DNA of 36,745 nucleotides from Trichomonas gallinae (taxonomy: Eukaryota), in contig MRSU01002278.1 of NCBI GenBank assembly GCA_008369845.1, positions 1-36,745 on the forward strand, in the 5' to 3' direction. A model generated the notes under the pieces. It had not been told where the DNA came from, did not search any database, and worked only from the letters and a program-made list of their open reading frames with translations. The translations under genes and the position numbers were made by a program. Numbering within the stretch: position 1 is the stretch's first letter; each line of letters opens with the position of its first letter. Below, in pieces: positions 1 through 11,400 of this stretch.

Positions 1-208
1 GTATCTTTAAGGTGTCTATATAATACCTGCAAAGTTTAGGGCAATTTCCTAGAGCCCTTCGAAGTTTCCATACCTTTATTAAAAATATTTTTTTGTTTGT
101 TGCTCTTCTCTTTCTGTGGTATAATTTTTACCATATACAAACAGTCTTTACTAGCTTTTACAAAAGACTTTTTTTTTAAAATGTTATAAATTATTTTTAT
201 GAAAAAAA

Positions 209-3200
209 TTAAGGACCGATTATATGAATAACACGATCCAAAAATATCAACTTTTCTGAGTTCTTGCTTGTTGCCTTTGCCTCGAGGATTTCGTTTCTGT
301 CGACACCAAGTTTAGGAATTTCCACGTCACTGACTCTGTTGTGGAGTTCTTCAGCGCAATCAATGCAAGCGTAGAACATTGCGATATCATTCGACATTGC
401 ATCGACGACTAAAGCGCGAGCAACAGCGATTGAAGCAGTCTTGTAGATCTTATCCATCCAAGCCTTGACTTTTTCTTGTGGCATCGCCAAAGCATATCTA
501 ATTGCGATTTGTCTGCACGATCCACTGACAGCTTCAACGCAAGAGCATGTCCTCATCAAGTTATCAGCTGCGTGCTTGATCATTTCGTCGTTTGCGTCGC
601 CTGTCTCCTGCTCGTTCCTCTTATATCTTTCTGCGAGAAGTTCGAGCGCTTCTCCGACCGGCGTCGTGACATTCGCGAGTGATGCGAGTTCGCGCGCGAG
701 GACCAACTGGCTGGCGCCTGTTCTGCCGAACTCTGGCGAGCAGATATCGACAAGGAGCCTTGCGATGAAGATGCATTCGTCTGGGATGTAGATGTCGTAG
801 ATTGGTTTCTCTAGTTCGAGGATGTAGTTGAAGATCTGGTTTCCGACATCAGTGGACATCATCGCCATTGACCTGAGGAAGTCTGGGATGCCGCCAGCTG
901 CGTAGTTATCTGGATAATACAACTGCATGCCGTTGACGAGGACTTTGAGCGAAATCTTCGCGTGCTTGAGATATGCATCTAAAACAGACTGAACTTTGTC
1001 GAATCCGAGCCTCTTCTTTCCTTTGTTCACAGAGAAGTAGGCGTGGTTGAATGCTGCGAAGAGCTTCATGACTGGACGAGTGTTTGGATTGTCGAGCTTG
1101 TGTATTCCTTCGAACAAAGCCGAGATGTTCTCCTTCGAGAAGAAAATTGATGATGTGTTCGGATCCTTTCCTAAAATTTCCCATGAAAGGATGTAAAAGT
1201 CTGGAATCTTCTTCTTAGAAACACTCTCGATGACTTCTATAGACCAGAGGCCTTTAGCGAACAATTTCGCGTTCTCAGGTGTCAATCTAGACTCAACGAA
1301 GCTTCTCAACTCGATGCACATGAAATCTTTGCAGAGAGACTTGAAGCAGTCGCTTTGTGCAATCTTCTCGGAGCCACGTGGTGTTCCTGGGACGAGTTTC
1401 AAGAGTTGCATCAACGCTGGCTCTTCGAAGTTGCCTTTGAAGATAGGAATGCTCTTGATGAACTTGGTGAACGAGTTCTTTGCGAAGAAAGAATTGGCGT
1501 CGATGATGCATGTAGCGAAGAAGTCGAATGCTGCCTGAAGAGCAATATTCGGGATGATTCTTTCGCCATTGATGACCTGCAACGAATCGATGAACGAGTT
1601 TCCTGTCTCAAGGACTGCGTCGTACAAACTGGATCTCACGACGATATTCTTCAGCAAGTTGAAGTAGTGTACGCATGGAACGTATGAGTTGAACTGATCG
1701 CGCTTGATTTCTCTGTAGTAATAAGCATCTCTAAGTTTCCTGAATGTTGTCGTAACGTCAGGAAGCATTGAGTGCAATGTAATAAATAAGGATTCAACAT
1801 CGGATTGTTGTTGCTGTGTGAGAGGCTCCTTTGTTCTCATGAATGGCAAGCATTCTCCGACTATGACTTCGACCAATCCTCTGACATTTTCTGACTTGCA
1901 CATTAAGAAGCAGTTGAAAATCGCTGGTGCACCAATGATGAATTGCGCTGAGAAGTCCATTTCATAGAACTTCATCCTCTCGATGACTTCAGCAAGGATC
2001 TCGAGCTTTGTGGACCCACCGCGTTGTTCGATGACCTGGCATGTGTATTGGATGAAGAAGCTGGCGATGTTTTTCTCGAAGAAGAAGCCGAGTGTCAAAT
2101 ATGAAGCACAAAGCAATGCAGTCATCTGAACTTCAGTGATGAAAATTCTTCCGAGTCTGTCGACGAATGGCTGGCTGTTGCCGATGAATTTAGCCAAGAA
2201 TAAGCAGAAGTTCTTAGAATGAGTGCGTGGTTTAAGCCACAACTCAATATACTGCTTGTTCAATACTGCATTTGCGAAGATTTGCTTCTGGGCATCACTG
2301 ATTTCGATTTCGGCCAATATTTCGTATATTATGTCGACGTTGACAGATGAAATCACGCTTTCTTTCGTGTAGTGTGCTGCGAAGTTCGGTAGTGTGATAT
2401 TGACGAACTCGAACAAAGTCCTGAAGTAGCTCTCACCGTTCATCTTGTCGACTTTGACGCACTTCTGAACAATGTAGAAGAAGTCGTCGAATGTTCGCCA
2501 GTAGTTCAGCAATAAATCAGGATGGCTCTGTATTTTATCCATGAGTTTCTGCGTGAAGACTTGGCGTTTGTCAGGTGATGCGAATTCGACTGCCAAGCAG
2601 AAAACTTTAGAGAATGTTGACCTAGCAACAGCCGTTGATCCATTGAGAACATATTTGTCTATCGCGTCGAAGTTTTCTAAAACGAATGTCGGCAATTCTG
2701 GTCTGTTTGCGAGTAATTGAGCGAATCTGTCAATAAGAGGAGCAACCTTTGACTCTGTGACATTCTCGTTGTTGCAGTAAGACACCAAACTCCTGTACAA
2801 GAACTTTCCGTTGATATCAAGATCAGAGACGGCTAAGACTAATTTAGTGTATTCCGATGATGCTGTTACATCCTTGTAGATGTTCTGCTTGATGATATTA
2901 GCGAGATCTGTCTGAAGAGAAGCAGCGACTGGAATTTGTTCGTTCTGCCAGTTCTTCTGTGTGTAGAAGAATAAGTAGCCTGAAATTTCCTTCTCGCTTG
3001 GGACATAGTTGACGATGTGAGACAACTGTCCGTAAACATTCGAAATGTCCTGGCCTCCAGTGCAATCCTTGAACATTCTCTCTTCGGAAATCTCGAAGCA
3101 AACGGAGTCGTCGTAAATGTACCACTTGTTGTCTGTGTATTTCTTGATGTAAGCGATGTAGTGGCCGTCAGGTGTAAATCCTTTATGTGCTAGAACGCCG

Positions 3201-6200
3201 CGCAACTCGTAGTTGTTGGTTGTATCGATTCCGAGTAGATCCTGGCCGTCCATGAATTCGGAAATGTCGAGTTCGAGTGGGAATTTGACTTCTTTGTTCG
3301 TTTTCTCTTTGAAGCCTTGCTCATTCGTCCTGAATCTCTGCAACTGGACGACTAATATCTTAGATGGCTTGGAGATCTTGTCTATCTGCAGTGCCGGCCT
3401 CTCTGGACCGAATTTGTCCGTGTTTACTGTCTTTGACTCCAAATATTTCTTTATTGCGACTTTCATGTCGTCTGTTTGGAGAATCGACAAAGGAAGCAAG
3501 CTATAAAACCTGTCAGACTGATTCTGCTGGCCTTCGGAAATCAATGTTCTCCTGATTTCACCTCTTAAAACTGTCGTCAAGTCGACATCTACAGCGAGAA
3601 TTGTTCTGATGAGTCTCCTGTAGAAATCTGATGCATCAGAGAGCTGCTTGACGTCAAGTCCATCATCAGATCTCCAATAATTAACGAAATTAACTGGATT
3701 GACAAAAGATATCGGAGAATAAAGCATTTGAGCGAATAAAATCTGCAATTCTCTTAATGATTTATCTGTGTATTCCCTAGAAAGGAAGAAAGTAATGAAC
3801 TGTGGAATGTTAAACAAATTCTGGAAAATTCCAGACATAAAGTCTGTCCTTCCGAGGTTTATTATGGTGACATTTTCTGGGTGAGTCGTTGGCTTCAAGA
3901 ATGGCGCGCCTGGAGGAATGTTTAAGACTGTTTCTTCGACTTGTTCCAATTTTGATACTAAAACTTGAGCTAAGTCGTTGTTCTGCCTGAAGAGATTTGT
4001 TATCAACGAAATGACTTCACTGGTTGGTTCATAGTAAACTCTTCCGTTGAATAAAACAGATTCGACTAAGAAATTGAAAAGATCTTGTGCATTTGGAAGT
4101 TTTTCGTATTTAGAAGAAAGTCTGTCTAAAATTACGAAGATTCTCTGCGCAAAAGCTGGCCTTGGGATGTTTTGAGCGCCAGATTTCGTCAATCTGTAGT
4201 ATTCAGACAATAACTGGATGCAAGGATCCCACAGTGGCTGTGGGTTTTCGACAACGTCTGTGATTGGCGTCAATCTCTCGAAGAATTCCTCGAATGGTTT
4301 CGAAATCGTGAAATTCAGCAGCGGCATCAACAATCTGGCCTGCGTTGGAGGTGGCAGTGTTGAAATCAAGCTCGAAATTTCTGTTCTTACGATGCGGTTA
4401 TCGTGGAAAATTGACTGATTGAACAATTCGATGAATGTTGGAATTGTTTTGAGTGCTTCGATGTCGAAATGCGAAACAATTGTCATCAGAGGCTCGATAA
4501 CCTTGTTATTTGCGATGTTAGACAAACATAATTGAATTAAATTCGTTAAAGCGTTGGAATCAAAGGCAGACCACATCTCTTTCTTGTGTGTCTCCCATTG
4601 TGGCTGCAAAACTATTAACTTAACAACCTTTAATAGATAAGAAAGATGATCATCATTATTAAATAATTTTGTGGCCATGAAAATAACAATTCCTAGTAAC
4701 ACCTGGACACCTCCACTCGTGAAGAAGAATTCTATCCACTCATTATGTCTTCCGCTGATGATGCTTCCGATTGTATTTAATCTGTAATGCATTAATGACC
4801 TGCATTTAGTGTTAAAGAACGCTGCCCACTGCTGTGGACCTGTTGCTGCCCTCAATAATGAGTTCTGCGATTCTAATGTTGGCAACAAATTTAATATTTC
4901 AAGGGCAACAGGTGAAATAACTGGGTCATCTTTGTTGAGTATTTGGAGGAGTTTCGATGCATATGATTCTTGCGCGATTAACTGTGAAGGGAAGAAAGGA
5001 GGAATGAAAGGTTTGTATTCTAAGACAGTCCAGACTTTGACTTCGAAGAATTTGTCTTCTTTGAGGTTAAAGTTTTCAACACTCGCATAACCTTTCTGAG
5101 AACTCAACGTAAAAGCGAATGGATTAACTTTGATTAACGTAGAGACTCTCATTTTGAACGCGTACAGGTTCATCGTGACCGGTACATGCATCCTGTAAGC
5201 GTTCTGGCCTAAAACTAAATCAACACCAGCGATTTCGTCATCTGGTATGAATTGGTTCAGCGGAATGTATTTCATTGCTTGTCTGTCGACGCCATCTTCG
5301 ATTTGGTGGATCATTTTATGCAGAATTGTCAGTGAAGCGACATTTTCGATATTTGTAAAACATTTGTCGATAAACGACTTTAGAGTATCTGGTGATTCAG
5401 CGAACAAGTCAATTAAGTATTTCATGAATGATTTATCGTTCGTTCTGAAGAAGGCTTCCCAAATTACATCCAAAAACTGGCCCCTGTCGTTAATTAAGAC
5501 ACCTGAGTAAAGGGCATGAATTAGTTGTGTATTTGGAAGCTTCTGACCATGTGTGCATAAAGTTCTTGCGAGAGAAACTCTGTGAATGCTTTGGAAAGGC
5601 GAATTCGCGGCGTGCGTTAAAGATCCTAGGAACAATTCGATGTCGTACATGTCTACTTTGCAGATCTTCTCGATTAAGTCTGATAAGTTCATGAATTCTT
5701 CGTCTGTAAGTTTTCCTTTTAATGCGCCTAAAATTTTAGCGAAGAAAGGCAAATGTTCGACTTGAATATAAGGCAAAACCGAAGAAATGGTGACGTGAGT
5801 GACCTCGTCGTTCGCACTTGCGATTAAATCTGGTAATAACAAAATACCGAGATTTATGTTGCCAGTTGTCTTGATGTAGTCGCAGATTTGGCGCTGGACG
5901 CCTTTCTTGGTCTCAGCATCCTTGGGAAGATAAGCTAAGACGAGATCTTTGTAAGCTTGCTCTTGTTCGTGCTGGCAGTTGAAAGCTGCGTTCATTATGT
6001 CATCTAACAAAGTCTTCTTGTTGTTTTCTGTGGCTGTTGTAGCGATTTTCATTAAAAAATTGATGATTGGGAATGGATATTTCTTTCCATTGAGAATAGA
6101 GTCGAATAAGTAGTTCCTTATGGACTGCTGGTAGATTCCAACGATAATTTCCCATGCTTGAACGTACTTAAACATTACATTTACTGGTGCATTAACAGTT

Positions 6201-7174
6201 TGTGCCCAAAGCTTGTTGCATTTGTCGATTGATATACGATAAACAGGAGCAATCATCTCGATGAATCTGGCCAGCGCGATAACAACGTCTGGATGGCACT
6301 GTTGGCAGAGTTCTCCAATAATTCCTGTTTTCTCAACAGTATCAGATACGTATTGGATGTGATTCTGGCAAATAGTCTTTGTGACTTTCGTAATCATAGC
6401 GAATCCAGTCAGTTGTTCTTGTGGATTTGAAGATTTGAGAAATTGAACGTTAATATTAACGCAAGAGAGCAAAATCTGTCCCTTTTGCTCATCTTCTGTA
6501 GCAAAGTCGCATAAAATATCATAGATTTCGCCAATAATCTTAGAATCTGGTGTCTCGATCAAAAAATTTTGCTGCGCGTTGCTCTTTTCGATTAAAAATG
6601 GCAACATCGATCTTAATACTTCGTTGATATACACATGGTATATTGAAGTTGTCTTGAGAAGCTGCTCAATCCTTAAAATCAAATGTATTTTGTTGTATGA
6701 TGGATTTTGAGCGATAACACCTTTGATTAGCTCGCAAAACTCAGGTATAGAAATGGGTTTGAGAACTTTAACGTATAATTCCGAGTAATTCGCCCCTGAA
6801 GAATTCGATGTTACGTAAATTGGTGCTGTTGTCGATGTATAAAGAGCCAGGGCTGCGTTTAGGAACTGGTCGTAGCTAAATTTGAACATAAACGCGTAAA
6901 AATTCGAAAGTGATTCAAGTAATGATGTAATGATTCCAAAATTCTCATATTGCTCATAACGAGTGTTCAATATGACGTTAATGAGCGGCAATATGAATGT
7001 TTCGAGGAAATTTTTGACATCTTCGCCAAAAGAATCTCGAATTTTTCCAGTTTGCTTGATTTCGTCAAAGAGAGAAACCAAATTAGTGACATTATTCTCT
7101 GTCTTGACGAATTCCAAGAAGTTGTTCAGGAAATTAGTTTTCCATTGTATAAAAGCTTGTCTAGAATCACTCAT
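209..7174 (-). CDS. USP34/USP9X/USP24-like large ubiquitin-specific protease (C19) homologue; catalytic Cys replaced by Asp
   Basis: 2321-aa ORF. Cys-box-like INLGRTDFMSGIFQNLF, QLSDASDF box, ILVVQLQRF...KEVKFPLELDI, His box YELRGVLAHKG..GHYIAYIK..WYIYDDS. Ubiquitin-like segment near 5030-5224. Helical N- and C-terminal regions; FLMCKSENVR resembles the USP34 C-terminal region. Confidence 0.9.
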   Translation of the reverse strand: MSDSRQAFIQWKTNFLNNFLEFVKTENNVTNLVSLFDEIKQTGKIRDSFGEDVKNFLETFILPLINVILNTRYEQYENFGIITSLLESLSNFYAFMFKFSYDQFLNAALALYTSTTAPIYVTSNSSGANYSELYVKVLKPISIPEFCELIKGVIAQNPSYNKIHLILRIEQLLKTTSIYHVYINEVLRSMLPFLIEKSNAQQNFLIETPDSKIIGEIYDILCDFATEDEQKGQILLSCVNINVQFLKSSNPQEQLTGFAMITKVTKTICQNHIQYVSDTVEKTGIIGELCQQCHPDVVIALARFIEMIAPVYRISIDKCNKLWAQTVNAPVNVMFKYVQAWEIIVGIYQQSIRNYLFDSILNGKKYPFPIINFLMKIATTATENNKKTLLDDIMNAAFNCQHEQEQAYKDLVLAYLPKDAETKKGVQRQICDYIKTTGNINLGILLLPDLIASANDEVTHVTISSVLPYIQVEHLPFFAKILGALKGKLTDEEFMNLSDLIEKICKVDMYDIELFLGSLTHAANSPFQSIHRVSLARTLCTHGQKLPNTQLIHALYSGVLINDRGQFLDVIWEAFFRTNDKSFMKYLIDLFAESPDTLKSFIDKCFTNIENVASLTILHKMIHQIEDGVDRQAMKYIPLNQFIPDDEIAGVDLVLGQNAYRMHVPVTMNLYAFKMRVSTLIKVNPFAFTLSSQKGYASVENFNLKEDKFFEVKVWTVLEYKPFIPPFFPSQLIAQESYASKLLQILNKDDPVISPVALEILNLLPTLESQNSLLRAATGPQQWAAFFNTKCRSLMHYRLNTIGSIISGRHNEWIEFFFTSGGVQVLLGIVIFMATKLFNNDDHLSYLLKVVKLIVLQPQWETHKKEMWSAFDSNALTNLIQLCLSNIANNKVIEPLMTIVSHFDIEALKTIPTFIELFNQSIFHDNRIVRTEISSLISTLPPPTQARLLMPLLNFTISKPFEEFFERLTPITDVVENPQPLWDPCIQLLSEYYRLTKSGAQNIPRPAFAQRIFVILDRLSSKYEKLPNAQDLFNFLVESVLFNGRVYYEPTSEVISLITNLFRQNNDLAQVLVSKLEQVEETVLNIPPGAPFLKPTTHPENVTIINLGRTDFMSGIFQNLFNIPQFITFFLSREYTDKSLRELQILFAQMLYSPISFVNPVNFVNYWRSDDGLDVKQLSDASDFYRRLIRTILAVDVDLTTVLRGEIRRTLISEGQQNQSDRFYSLLPLSILQTDDMKVAIKKYLESKTVNTDKFGPERPALQIDKISKPSKILVVQLQRFRTNEQGFKEKTNKEVKFPLELDISEFMDGQDLLGIDTTNNYELRGVLAHKGFTPDGHYIAYIKKYTDNKWYIYDDSVCFEISEERMFKDCTGGQDISNVYGQLSHIVNYVPSEKEISGYLFFYTQKNWQNEQIPVAASLQTDLANIIKQNIYKDVTASSEYTKLVLAVSDLDINGKFLYRSLVSYCNNENVTESKVAPLIDRFAQLLANRPELPTFVLENFDAIDKYVLNGSTAVARSTFSKVFCLAVEFASPDKRQVFTQKLMDKIQSHPDLLLNYWRTFDDFFYIVQKCVKVDKMNGESYFRTLFEFVNITLPNFAAHYTKESVISSVNVDIIYEILAEIEISDAQKQIFANAVLNKQYIELWLKPRTHSKNFCLFLAKFIGNSQPFVDRLGRIFITEVQMTALLCASYLTLGFFFEKNIASFFIQYTCQVIEQRGGSTKLEILAEVIERMKFYEMDFSAQFIIGAPAIFNCFLMCKSENVRGLVEVIVGECLPFMRTKEPLTQQQQSDVESLFITLHSMLPDVTTTFRKLRDAYYYREIKRDQFNSYVPCVHYFNLLKNIVVRSSLYDAVLETGNSFIDSLQVINGERIIPNIALQAAFDFFATCIIDANSFFAKNSFTKFIKSIPIFKGNFEEPALMQLLKLVPGTPRGSEKIAQSDCFKSLCKDFMCIELRSFVESRLTPENAKLFAKGLWSIEVIESVSKKKIPDFYILSWEILGKDPNTSSIFFSKENISALFEGIHKLDNPNTRPVMKLFAAFNHAYFSVNKGKKRLGFDKVQSVLDAYLKHAKISLKVLVNGMQLYYPDNYAAGGIPDFLRSMAMMSTDVGNQIFNYILELEKPIYDIYIPDECIFIARLLVDICSPEFGRTGASQLVLARELASLANVTTPVGEALELLAERYKRNEQETGDANDEMIKHAADNLMRTCSCVEAVSGSCRQIAIRYALAMPQEKVKAWMDKIYKTASIAVARALVVDAMSNDIAMFYACIDCAEELHNRVSDVEIPKLGVDRNEILEAKATSKNSEKLIFLDRVIHIIGP

Positions 7175-7489
7175 TTATTTTTTTTTTTTACAAAAAATGT
7201 CGATCATTTTATAGTTTTTGCGGATTTTATTGCTTATTTTGAGTTATATAATCATATAATATAATAATTTCAACATTGTAAGATTCTGACGTTTGATAGA
7301 AATATATTTGTTGTGTGAGTCCGCTATATATCCTATATTTTTAATTTTATCTGTTATTTTTGATTTTTGAATTTCACCGGAAAAATTTTCACAAAAAGAA
7401 TATCAAAAATACTTTTATTATTGTGTATTAAAATGAAATATTAATTAATTTTAATCAAAATTTCAAATTTCAAATTATTTTCTAAAAAT

Positions 7490-8040
7490 GCATTTGGAAG
7501 CCTAGTGTTTTAAGATATGATATATCATTCTTATAAGAAATGCCATATATAAGAACTGGATGCTGTAGACGATGGAAATATATTTTTTTATTGATTAAAG
7601 GTTTTGAGCATTGTCAAGCTAAATTTATCATAATATAGCAATATATAAGATAATTACTTATTGCATGTTGTAAATTAATAAATTATTGATTGAATCAATG
7701 ATTAAAGTCTTGTGAATGAAAATACAGAATTTTATAGAGTTATGGATTGTATATCTTGTATTTTCTATTTTGGAATCAAATTTAATGTTTTGTATCGTGA
7801 ATATTTTTCTTTGTAAATTAAATTTCAATATGATATAAATGTATATAATACAGGAATAAGCTTTTCGGTATTTGATATTTGGAAAATTCTTTTTGATATT
7901 GATTCTATGCCTTGTTAATCAAATATTTATATAATGTAGGGCTACACAAATGATATGGAAGAGTATCTTCTCAAAACGATGAACCGTGGAAAATATTGAA
8001 AATTTGTATGAGTTATAATTAGGATGAAGTTTTCGGATTA
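7490..8040 (-). pseudogene. Heavily decayed BspA-like (TpLRR) leucine-rich-repeat gene remnant
   Basis: Minus-strand fragments GIESISKRIFQISNTEKLIP (7852-7911) and NIFHGSSF / 1-nt frameshift / EKILF (7958-7997) resemble TpLRR repeats. Many stops. Boundaries approximate. Confidence 0.35.
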
Positions 8041-8407
8041 AACAGAAAACTTCAAGTGTTTCACGTTTATCATGTTTAAAACGTTTAATTCAACTTTTAT
8101 TAAAAAAAAAAATTCTTGGAATGCCACGTTCATTTATATTTCGATTTTTCTAATTGTATTTATTATATTTATGATATTATTGTTATAATTTGCTTTTTAA
8201 AAAGAAATAGCGAATTTGGTCAATTTTTTAGAATAATAAGACTATTAAAGATTTATTGCATTTTAACGTTCAATGAAAATCTTACAAATTTATTTCCGCC
8301 TTCAATTTTTGAAAGATCCTTTGAATTTAAATCAAGCAATCACATATTTATGATCTAATTAATGACTTTAACAAAAAACTTTTTTAGAAAAATAAATAAA
8401 ATAAAAA

Positions 8408-11400
8408 ATGGAGTGTGATATTTCGAAGCCTATTGATTCTCAGGCGCTGTATGCCACATTGATGGACATACATGCGATTGATGATACAAATAAGAGCTTT
8501 CAACATGTTATTCACACACTATTTTTAATATTTTCAACAATTACTCAGAATTGTGGAATACTGCCCGCAATTATATATCACTTCACTCAGTTCCAGATAC
8601 TTTGCTCTATAAGTATCTTCTCAATCTTACTTTCGAATTATCGAAATGAATCACATCCGATAAATACCTTTCTAAATGTTTTTATACAGTTCAATATGAC
8701 AGAAACAATGGATCCCACCATATTTCAACAGCTACTAATGATAGAAATTTTGTCACTCTTTTGTATATTTTTTTTCTGGTTATGCGTTTACAGAATTGTC
8801 AAACGAATTGCGTTCGGTAGCAAGTTTACACTCATCTCCTATGTATTTTCAGTCTTATTACCGCTCGTTTTAATGATTCCAAATCTTTTAATCGCAAGCC
8901 GTATAATTCATAGAATACTACTAGGCGCAAATCCATACATTTGGTATTATGCGACTACACAGATACTTACAACATTACTTCTCGCGTTCCAAATTTATAT
9001 TTTCGCGATCTTTAATACATCTTTATTTAACTCGGTTTCAAACTACGTTGTTGTACCAAACAGAACGCAAAATGCTCCAGCTTTCATCTGTGTCTTTTTA
9101 GTTGGATTAGTTTATGATTACAAAACACCAGTGTATGGCAAATCTATTGTCGCGACCATATACTTTGTGACGTCCTTCCTATACTTTGCTAAGACAAGAT
9201 TGATGATGCTCGTCTCTAGACACGAAATTTCTTATCATCTCGCTTTCGGCTTCTGTTATTTCTATCAGTTCACGATCGGAGTATCATCCATCTTCCACAA
9301 ATACAAATATTTATATCTAATTCACGTTTGGTTCACATTTTTAATATTCTTCGTATTTTATTTCTTATCGAGAGTTATAAATGAGTGGAGGATCATTAAA
9401 ATGAAGAGGAGAATACAGAAAGCATCATCAGTCAATGATATCAAAATGTCAGATGGAATTCGATTTTTAGAATATTGCTATGTCATGTATTTTTCCGATC
9501 CAAAGTTCTTACTGGATGGCAGCATGTTTCAATACTGCCTCAGAACAGAAAAAGATCCATTTATTTATATTTCGTTATTAAGAATTTTAAGCTGTTTACC
9601 GATTTCGATACCATATATCAACGAGATAGAGAAGAAAGCTCTCAGCTCGAACCCAATTAACAGATACGAACAATTCAAACTTTTCGAATATAAAATTATT
9701 AAGAAACAGAGATCGAAACTAGTAGACCCTGACGACTTAGAATACTACAAAAAGATGTCGACAGCCATTCGAAAATTCTTTGAGCTCATGAATTCCGCTG
9801 TTCCTGTGATACAACATATAAAATCTCAATATTACTTCGTTTTCGGCTCAGCGATATCAGAATTGGAGAGAAAAATAGAGTTTTACGTTGACTTGATGAT
9901 GATCAAGCATCCAACAAAAATCATGTTCTTAAAATTAGCATCTGTCTTCTACGAGCGTTGTGCGATGAATACATTGAAGGTGGAGCAAATAGCGAAGATG
10001 ATGAGCCTTTGCAACGCGTATCAAGAGGATAATCCGCTTTGGAGAGAAATGAATACTCAAATTGTATTTTTCTCTCAAAGATATGATCTTTTAGACGATT
10101 CCAATGAGTCAAACTGCACAACAGACTCGAAAGAAATAAATTGCATGTCATTAAAGTCAGCGATTTCGAATGAAATGCTGAGATTAGATACAAAACACTT
10201 GAAAGTCACGATTTACTTGAATTTGTTCGCTGGAATCTGCTTCTTGGGATATATCATATTCGTTATAATATCGACAGTCAACATAAACTCGAATATCAAC
10301 GGCGTTGTCCAATTAACAAATGCAGTAAATTACAAACAAGCGAGTTTTGTGACTTTGATGATCAATGCTTTAAGACCATGCAGAGGCGCCTACGATAACG
10401 CGGAAAGCAGGAAAGATATCCAGAATTTTAATGATAATTATATAATTGAACACGCACACTTCGTAAAGGACTTCATCAGTATCATATCATCCAGCTCCAT
10501 CTTAAACACCTCTCTCTGGGAAGTTTTTGGTGGAAGATACATTGAATCTTCAACAATTGATGGAGATCCGTTCAATTACTCATATATGACTATAGGAACA
10601 CGTGTAGCTTCGCTTATTACGAATGTTCTTCTCGCTCCTAAGTGCGAAGACAGTCCTTATTATTATAATATTCAGATGAACTTCTTAAACATGACAGATT
10701 GGTTTAACCAGTTCTTAAGCAAGTTCAATCCGGCATTAGCAACAGTTTTCAACACAATGGCGTTAAATTACTTGCTCTGGGGAGTTGCTGCTCACACACT
10801 TCTGTTAATTGGCGGAATTGCTTATATTGTTGCCCTCGTTGTGTATAGGTTCAGACTTTCCCGCATAAATAAAAGCATTTCAGAGGGAATTGCCAACAAA
10901 GAATCAAATATCATGACGAAAATCATAAGCGGGAACCATAAGAACCATAATTTCTACACAATAATCGTTCTCGTTCTTATTGTAATCATGCTCATCTGTT
11001 ATGGACTCAGTTTTTTAACTTTAATGAGCTCAACTCAAAATTCAGTTTTAACTCTTTATCTAGCGTTGAGTGACATGTTCAGGGAGGTTGTGCAGCTGTT
11101 CTACATAGCAACAGCCATCACAACAACAAGAATTGAAATATTAAATTCGACACAGAAAAATATGTCAAGATATGCTGTTGAAACTACCATGAAATACATT
11201 ATGACCCTAAATAGAGCCACATCCAACAACTATCCGCGCATTTTTCAGCTTTCTAGATTTTTAGGATTATCATATTATACAAATGACTCATATACGATGC
11301 TGAAATATTCGGATGAAGCAACTGATATGCTTTTGAACGATTTAATTCCTGAAGATAACCTATATATCGCTCAACGAAATGAAACTTATCAAGAAGACAA

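Noticed and set aside
465..5510. Many short antisense and overlapping ORFs inside the USP gene (also inside the CEP290-like, SSRP1 and other genes)
   Set aside because: Shadow ORFs expected from codon bias of the real genes; no recognisable motifs and many start at TTG/GTG.
8116..8358. 80-aa ORF upstream of the cyclase-like gene
   Set aside because: TTG start and I/F/Y/N-rich composition typical of translated AT-rich intergenic DNA.
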